Source: Clostridia bacterium (GTDB lineage: Bacteria > Bacillota > Clostridia > Oscillospirales > CAG-272). From it: DNA of 36,337 nucleotides. Below are positions 35,488 through 36,337 of the stretch, one piece after another (the stretch's first letter is position 1; each line of letters opens with the position of its first letter). The position numbers were made by a program, and so were the translations under genes. The stretch spans positions 1-36,337 of the forward strand of contig JAFSCG010000077.1 of assembly GCA_017436885.1 (NCBI GenBank), given 5' to 3'. A model generated the notes under the pieces. It was not told where the DNA came from. It was given only the letters and a program-made list of their open reading frames with translations, and did no database searches.

Positions 35488-36336
35488 ATGGAAAACGAGC
35501 TTGAAAAAACCGTTCCGGAGACGGAGGAGATAAGAGATCCCGAAGCACCCGTTGAGGTGGTGGGACTTAAATTCCGTCTTACGGGAAAAACATATTATTT
35601 CGACCCCTGCGGAATACAGATGGAGAGCGGCAAGTTTGCGATAGTGGAAACTGCCCGCGGCGTTGAGATCGGCGAATGTGTTGCCGCAAATCACAACGTT
35701 AAGGAGCGCGAGGTGGTACGTCCCCTGCGCCCCGTTATCCGCGTTGCCACCGAAAGCGACCTGCGCCACGATGCGGAAAACCGCGAGAAGGAGACCAAGG
35801 CCTGCGAGATCTGCCGCCAGAAGATCGCGGCTCTCGGTCTTGAGATGAGCCTTATAAATGCAGAATATACCTTTGATAACAACAAGCTGCTCTTTTACTT
35901 CACAGCCGAGGGACGCGTTGACTTCCGCGACCTTGTTAAGGAGCTTGCCTCCGTCTTCCGTACCCGCATCGAGCTGAGGCAGATCGGAATACGCGACGAG
36001 GCAAAGCTTATGGGCGGACTTGGCGTATGCGGCAGACCCTTCTGCTGCCACAGCTTCCTTTCCGACTTTGTGCAGGTATCCATCAAAATGGCAAAGGAGC
36101 AGAACTTCTCCCTTAACAGTGCAAAGATAAGCGGAGCCTGCGGTCGTCTTATGTGCTGCCTGCGCTACGAGCACGAGGCATACGACGAGGAGACAAAGAA
36201 AACTCCGGCAGTCGGCAGCCTTGTGGAAACGTCCAACGGCAACGGCATCATAACCGAAATAAATCCCCTTGCGGGTCTTGTGCGCGTTAAACTCACGGAC
36301 AAGCCCGAGGCACCCAAGTACTACCCCCGCGACGAG
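35488..36336 (+). CDS. ricT: PSP1-domain protein RicT/YaaT, 3' end beyond right edge
   Basis: Not in the ORF track (no stop in window). Manual translation from ATG 35488: GKTYYFDP, IVETARGVE, LLFYFTAEGRVDFRDLVKELASVFRTRIELRQIGIRDEAK..GGLGVCGRPFCC, KISGACGRLMCCLRYE. Follows holB as usual. Confidence 0.93.
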   Translation, partial: MENELEKTVPETEEIRDPEAPVEVVGLKFRLTGKTYYFDPCGIQMESGKFAIVETARGVEIGECVAANHNVKEREVVRPLRPVIRVATESDLRHDAENREKETKACEICRQKIAALGLEMSLINAEYTFDNNKLLFYFTAEGRVDFRDLVKELASVFRTRIELRQIGIRDEAKLMGGLGVCGRPFCCHSFLSDFVQVSIKMAKEQNFSLNSAKISGACGRLMCCLRYEHEAYDEETKKTPAVGSLVETSNGNGIITEINPLAGLVRVKLTDKPEAPKYYPRDE

Positions 36337-36337
36337 G

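Noticed and set aside
35428-36174. 248-aa minus-strand ORF
   Set aside because: Antisense to the well-conserved ricT/yaaT gene.

Overview
Chromosomal window from a spore-forming Clostridia-type Firmicute (inferred from gene content). Left to right: (1) an L-rhamnose utilisation locus: rhaB-rhaA-rhaD plus a lipoprotein GH78 alpha-L-rhamnosidase that runs off the left edge, with a divergent AraC regulator and a DUF4091/GH123-like gene; (2) a ~150-220 bp hairpin-rich non-coding element resembling an internally deleted IS200/IS605 element; (3) a probable metal/iron-regulated operon (heterodimeric ABC transporter, YgbA, YbaN) bracketed by GTTAG-N6-CTAAC palindromes next to a DtxR/MntR regulator; (4) ylxM-ffh-rpsP-khpA; (5) a DUF1538 membrane protein plus two PII-like proteins; (6) the most striking feature, an 11-kb array of five diverged CotH-kinase-family lipoproteins. 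All five have N-x-E where N-x-D is usual, a shared ~70-aa insertion, a C-terminal B-repeat-like domain and a conserved tail, and they appear mosaic; (7) a complete but streamlined spoIIIAA-AH operon (half-size AD, short AG, possible ACG/ATT start for AA); (8) holB and a PSP1/RicT gene running off the right edge. No rRNA, tRNA, CRISPR array, integrase or transposase gene was seen. All family assignments come from motif recognition by eye, without database searches.
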